Below, piece after piece: positions 60,248-64,000 of a stretch of 64,000 nt of DNA. Made by a program: the position numbers and the translations under genes. The notes below the pieces were generated by a model. That model made no database searches, was not told the origin of the DNA, and saw nothing but the letters and a program-made list of their open reading frames with translations. Origin of the DNA: Isosphaeraceae bacterium (GTDB lineage Bacteria > Planctomycetota > Planctomycetia > Isosphaerales > Isosphaeraceae). The stretch covers positions 124,001 through 188,000 of the forward strand of contig CBDAVP010000007.1 of the NCBI GenBank assembly GCA_965201075.1, given 5' to 3'. The number at the start of each line of letters is the position of its first letter. Positions within the stretch are counted from its first letter, which is position 1.

Positions 60248-61615
60248 ATGGCTTCACCCCGGATTCTGCGACACGCCCGGGAGCCGATTTTCCTGCTCGA
60301 CGCCCGCCGCCGTTTGATCTACGCCAACCCGGCCTGGGAAGAACTCACCGGCGTCACTCTGGCCTCGGCGCTGGGCGGCTCTTGCGACGCTCACGGGCCG
60401 ACCACTCCTCCCGACGTCTCCGGCATGTTGGGCAGTTTCTGTCCTCCGCCCGAAGCCCTCAACGGCCAGCCCACCAGCGGTCCCACTTTGATCCTCCGCG
60501 CCGACGGACAACGATTCTGGCGAAGCGTCGACTTCTGGGCCTTCCACAACGCCCGGGGGATGGTCTTCTGCCTCCTCGGGATCATCCGACCCGAACCAGC
60601 GTCACCCAAACTCTCGGAAACCGACACGGGACGTTTGCGAGTAGAACTGTTAGCGGTTCGCGAACAACTCCTGGCCCGTCACGGCTCCGACGCGCTAATC
60701 GGCCAGGGGCCATCGCATCGACGGCTGCTGAACCAGGTCGTCGCCGCCTCGTCGTCCGAGCTCACAGTGACTCTTGTCGGCGAGCCAGGCACTGGCAAGA
60801 ACCGAGTCGCTCGGGAGATTCATAATCGTTCGAATCGCGCCGCCGCCCCGCTGATCGCGATCGACTGTGCCGCTCTCCCTCCGCAAGACCTGGAGCGGAC
60901 CCTCTTCGGTCCCATCGCCAACAAAGCTCCGCGCACCGCCCTGGACCTTCCCGTCGGCTCGACCCTTCTGCTGTCCAATGCCCTCGACCTCCCCCGAGAC
61001 ATTCAGGCCCGACTAGCCAGCGCGCTGGATGGCGACGTTCGGCTCCTGGCCACTGCGGCGGCCGACCCAGCCCAGGCCCTGCGCGACAACCGTCTCCGCC
61101 CCGACCTCTACTACGGCCTCACCGGGCTGGTCTTAACGCTCCTCCCACTCCGAGAACGGCTCGACGAACTCCCCACTCTGGCCCAGCATTTCCTGGAGCG
61201 TGCCAACCTCCGAGGAGCCCGCCAGCGATTCGGCTTCGCCGAGGACGCCCTCGCCGCCCTGCTCTCCTATGACTGGCCCGGCAACCTCCGCGAACTCGCC
61301 CGAATCATCGAGTCCGCTCACAATCAAGGCGAAGGAGACCTCATAGCCAGGTCCGACCTTCCGAATACCATTCGCGGAAATCTCGCCTCCGCCTACAACC
61401 CCCCACCAATGCCCACGCCGGTCACGCCCCTCGACGACCTGCTCACCCAGCTCGAACGTCGTCTCATCGATCAGGCCCTCCGACGAGCCCGTCACAACAA
61501 GTCCAAGGCCGCCGACCTCCTGGCCATCTCCCGCCCCCGCCTCTACCGACGGATCAAGGAACTCGAGCTGCCCGACCTCCCGGAAACCCGCGATGAGACA
61601 ACTCCCGAAACCTGA
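60248..61615 (+). CDS. PAS + AAA+ + Fis-HTH transcriptional regulator (NtrC-like, degenerate)
   Basis: PAS 'YANPAWEELTG', 'GEPGTGK', 'LRPDLYY', 'PLRER', 'WPGNLREL', 'NKSKAADLLAISRPRLYR'. Confidence 0.88.
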   Translation: MASPRILRHAREPIFLLDARRRLIYANPAWEELTGVTLASALGGSCDAHGPTTPPDVSGMLGSFCPPPEALNGQPTSGPTLILRADGQRFWRSVDFWAFHNARGMVFCLLGIIRPEPASPKLSETDTGRLRVELLAVREQLLARHGSDALIGQGPSHRRLLNQVVAASSSELTVTLVGEPGTGKNRVAREIHNRSNRAAAPLIAIDCAALPPQDLERTLFGPIANKAPRTALDLPVGSTLLLSNALDLPRDIQARLASALDGDVRLLATAAADPAQALRDNRLRPDLYYGLTGLVLTLLPLRERLDELPTLAQHFLERANLRGARQRFGFAEDALAALLSYDWPGNLRELARIIESAHNQGEGDLIARSDLPNTIRGNLASAYNPPPMPTPVTPLDDLLTQLERRLIDQALRRARHNKSKAADLLAISRPRLYRRIKELELPDLPETRDETTPET

Positions 61616-62031
61616 TCGGCCCGACCGCGCCAGCCCAATCCTCCGGTCCTTGCCCCATCAGGCAGCGGGTTGCACCTTCTGCTCAAGGCAAGCCCTGAGA
61701 TAGGTCGCTTCCAACTCGACCGGCAGGCAAAAGCCGCTTCGCAACCACAGCGGCAAGGTCGGCAACGACCGGCCGACGGCGATTGGCTCCCGCCAGATGT
61801 CCAAAGTCGGAACTCCGTGCCGCTCCACGGCTCGATAGGGCCCGGCCGAAAGCGTCAATCCGGGCCCCCCGACTGGCCCACCTCACCGCGCCATCAACTC
61901 GCGGTGGAGATCCGCGGGCCGTTCGGTCACCACTTCAACCAGCACCAGAGCGACCCCCGCCTGGAGATAATTCGCGCATTTCGATATCAACGCAACGCGA
62001 CGCGATGGGCGATCCTTGTCCGCCGGACTGA

Positions 62032-62984
62032 TTAGAGCGGAATGCGAATCGGTGTAGCATGCGGATAGCCGCAATGCCGGATGTAGTTGAGGCACTCCTC
62101 CGGCCGGAAGTGATCCAGGGCGTCCTTCATCGCCCCATAGACCCCTTCGACTGTCCGCGCCGCCGCCGTGCGCAGCCGCCGCTTGAACTTGCTGAAGGCC
62201 TGCTCGATCGGGTTAAAGTCCGGGCTGTACGGCGGCAGGTACTCCAGCCGGCAGCCGGCCCGTTCCAACGCCTCACGCACCCCGCCGACCTTGTGGCTGG
62301 AGAGGTTGTCCATCACCACCACCATCCCCGGCCGTAACCGCGGCACCAGGAACTGCTCGATATAGGCCAGGAACACCTCGCCGGTCATCGCCTCGGCCTG
62401 GGCCCACGGCGCGACCAGGCCCCCGGCGGTCAACGCCCCGACGAAGGTCACCACCTTCCAGTGGTCGTGCGGGGCTTGGGCCACCAGGCGTTGCCCCCTG
62501 GGGGCGTAGCCGTGGGTGCGGTGCATCGCGGTGCTGGCACCGGTCTCGTCCAGGAACACCAGGTCCTCGACGGCCACCCCCGCCAGCGTCGCGGGCCAGG
62601 CGTCGCGGGCCGCCTTCACGTCGGGCCGGTCTCGCTCGCTGGCGTGGACCGACTTTTTTTATGCGTCAGGCCCAGCCGGAGCATCGCCCGCCACACGGTG
62701 GTGCGGACGACGCCCAGGCCCAGCCGCCGGCCATGCTCCTCGGGGGTATCGTCGGGATGGTCGCGGACCGACTGGCGAAGTTCCTCGACGCGGCCCTCGA
62801 TCTTGGAGGTACGCCCGCGTCCGCCGGGCTTGGGGGCGAGGGAGCCGGTCTCGCGGAAGCGTTGCTTGAGTCGTCGGACGAAGGCGGGGGAGACATCGAA
62901 TCGCTGGGCAACCTCGGCGGTCGAGTCGCCGTCCTGGCAAGCGTCATGAATCCTGAGCCGCAGGTCGTCGCTCAAAGCACGCAT
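62032..62984 (-). CDS. IS630 transposase, two ORFs joined by a -1 frameshift at an A7 run
   Basis: OrfA 62616-62984 is the HTH part ('SDDLRLRI', 'LGLTHKK'). OrfB has 'VFLDETG', 'VMDNLSSHK' and 'LPPYSPDFNPIE'. Slippery CATAAAAAAAG at 62653-62663. Confidence 0.9.
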
Positions 62985-63060
62985 CGTTGCCCCTCCCGGG
63001 TTTGGGAAGGTAGTGTAGTCGAAATCCAAGAAATCCGCTACGACAAAACGCACTTCGCTC
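62035..63060 (-). mobile_element. IS630-family insertion sequence (1026 bp)
   Basis: Flanked by TA (62033-62034 and 63061-63062). Imperfect 24-bp terminal inverted repeats GAGCGGAATGCGAATCGGTGTAGC / GAGCGAAGTGCGTTTTGTCGTAGC. Encodes a DDE transposase. Confidence 0.93.
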
Positions 63061-63514
63061 TAGCTCAACGGCCCCGGCCAGGATGGGCCCCGCCGTCCTG
63101 TCGAAGATGCCGACCTCCACGACCGCCCCCAGCATTTCGAGTGCGATGCTCGATTGCGGGGGCGGTGGCACCCAGGCCATCGGCGGAGCGGACGTTCCCG
63201 ACTCCTCGAAGGCGGCCACGTCAATCTCAATGCCATAGTGGACGTTAGCTTCGGCGAAATAGCCATCAGGTAGGAGAGAGTTGAGTTGGGAGGAGAGGTA
63301 GGTCGCCCAGGAGCTAAGGAAGGCGTGCCAGCGCCGACGTTCACTGAGCGGGGGCTGGAAATGGTCGAGGAGTGGCATCAGTCGCTCCCGGCTCCTGATC
63401 TCGGCACCTCCCAAAATAAGCGATCGGCCCCCCCCGCGATCCATCGGCGATTGCGGGGAGGTGCGGTTCTCGGGTTTGGGTACGGCTCCTGATCCGTTCG
63501 CAAAGTCGGCCAGG

Positions 63515-64000
63515 TCAGGGGGCAAACACGTCTTCGACGTCCATTCGCCAACCCGGAACCGCGGGCTCGGCGTCGGCGACGTGCCTCTTGGGGAATGTCC
63601 TCGGTCGGTCGGGCGAGCCGGGGAGGTAGGACCGAATCTCCTCAGTCAAGAGATCCACGTCCCACACCACCAAGGTCCCGGCGGCGAAATAATCGGCTCG
63701 CTTCGCCAGCAGTTTCGCCTCGGCTCGCCGGCCCTGGTCGCCCTGACTACGAACCTCGACCGCGAAGGTGGGCGCGCCGCTTAGAAAGACCATCCGGTTG
63801 TCGGGAGGCGTCCCCCGGAAATACGAAGCGTCGGGACTGAACGACTCTCGCCCGGACGGCAGCAGGGGAACCACATATCCGATGTTGTCGGTGAAGGCGA
63901 AACCCTCTCCACTTTGCCTTACGTAGGTCCGAAGGCTGACATAAATGTTCGCGGCGACCTGGCTCGGCTGAAATCCGGTCGGCATCGATCGCACGATCCT
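63515..64000 (-). CDS. Uma2/DUF820 family endonuclease-like protein (5' part outside the window)
   Basis: 'SFSPDASY', 'PTFAVEVRS', 'KRADYFAAGTLVVWDVD', 'EPAVPGW'. Confidence 0.88.
   Translation of the reverse strand, partial: RIVRSMPTGFQPSQVAANIYVSLRTYVRQSGEGFAFTDNIGYVVPLLPSGRESFSPDASYFRGTPPDNRMVFLSGAPTFAVEVRSQGDQGRRAEAKLLAKRADYFAAGTLVVWDVDLLTEEIRSYLPGSPDRPRTFPKRHVADAEPAVPGWRMDVEDVFAP

Larger units (their letters stand above)
61658..63378 (-). pseudogene. DUF4058 family gene disrupted by IS630 and an in-frame TGA
   Basis: 5' part 'MPLLDHFQPPLS..RRW' to 'AVEL' (63378-63061). 3' part 'ISPADKDRP...LPTLPLWL...LEATY' resumes below 62033. In-frame TGA at 61883-61885. Confidence 0.85.

Noticed and set aside
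61883..61885. In-frame TGA as selenocysteine or programmed readthrough
   Set aside because: It falls in a non-catalytic-looking linker of an IS-disrupted gene with no convincing SECIS; simple decay is more likely.
59319..64000. Prophage remnant suggested by the CI-like regulator and nuclease-like genes
   Set aside because: No structural, replication or integrase genes. Uma2 and DUF4058 are expanded chromosomal families in planctomycetes.

Overview
GC-rich bacterial chromosome segment, most likely from a Planctomycete (Isosphaeraceae/Singulisphaera-like). That assignment is inferred from a DUF1559 prepilin-like gene, DUF1570, DUF4058/Uma2 genes and an 'LE.R.L.S' planctomycete leader motif. 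Housekeeping content includes argB, tRNA-Asp(GTC), clpX, rpsR, plsX-fabD-fabG-acpP-fabF, L-lactate permease, glycosylation genes and a sufR-sufC-sufB-sufD-rhodanese-sufE-sufT operon. An IS630 element is inserted at a TA inside a DUF4058 gene. The most interesting loci are: (1) a 75-aa protein with beta-grasp-like pattern ending in Gly-Gly, followed by an uncharacterised Cys-containing partner and a ClpX unfoldase, a candidate ubiquitin-like tagging/degradation module; (2) a compact type VII-like cluster (two WxD-variant WXG100 proteins, a helical protein and an EssC/EccC-like FtsK ATPase) in a probable diderm; (3) a SUF operon with an SseA-type rhodanese where SufS normally sits. All product calls come from motif recognition by eye; no database searches were run.
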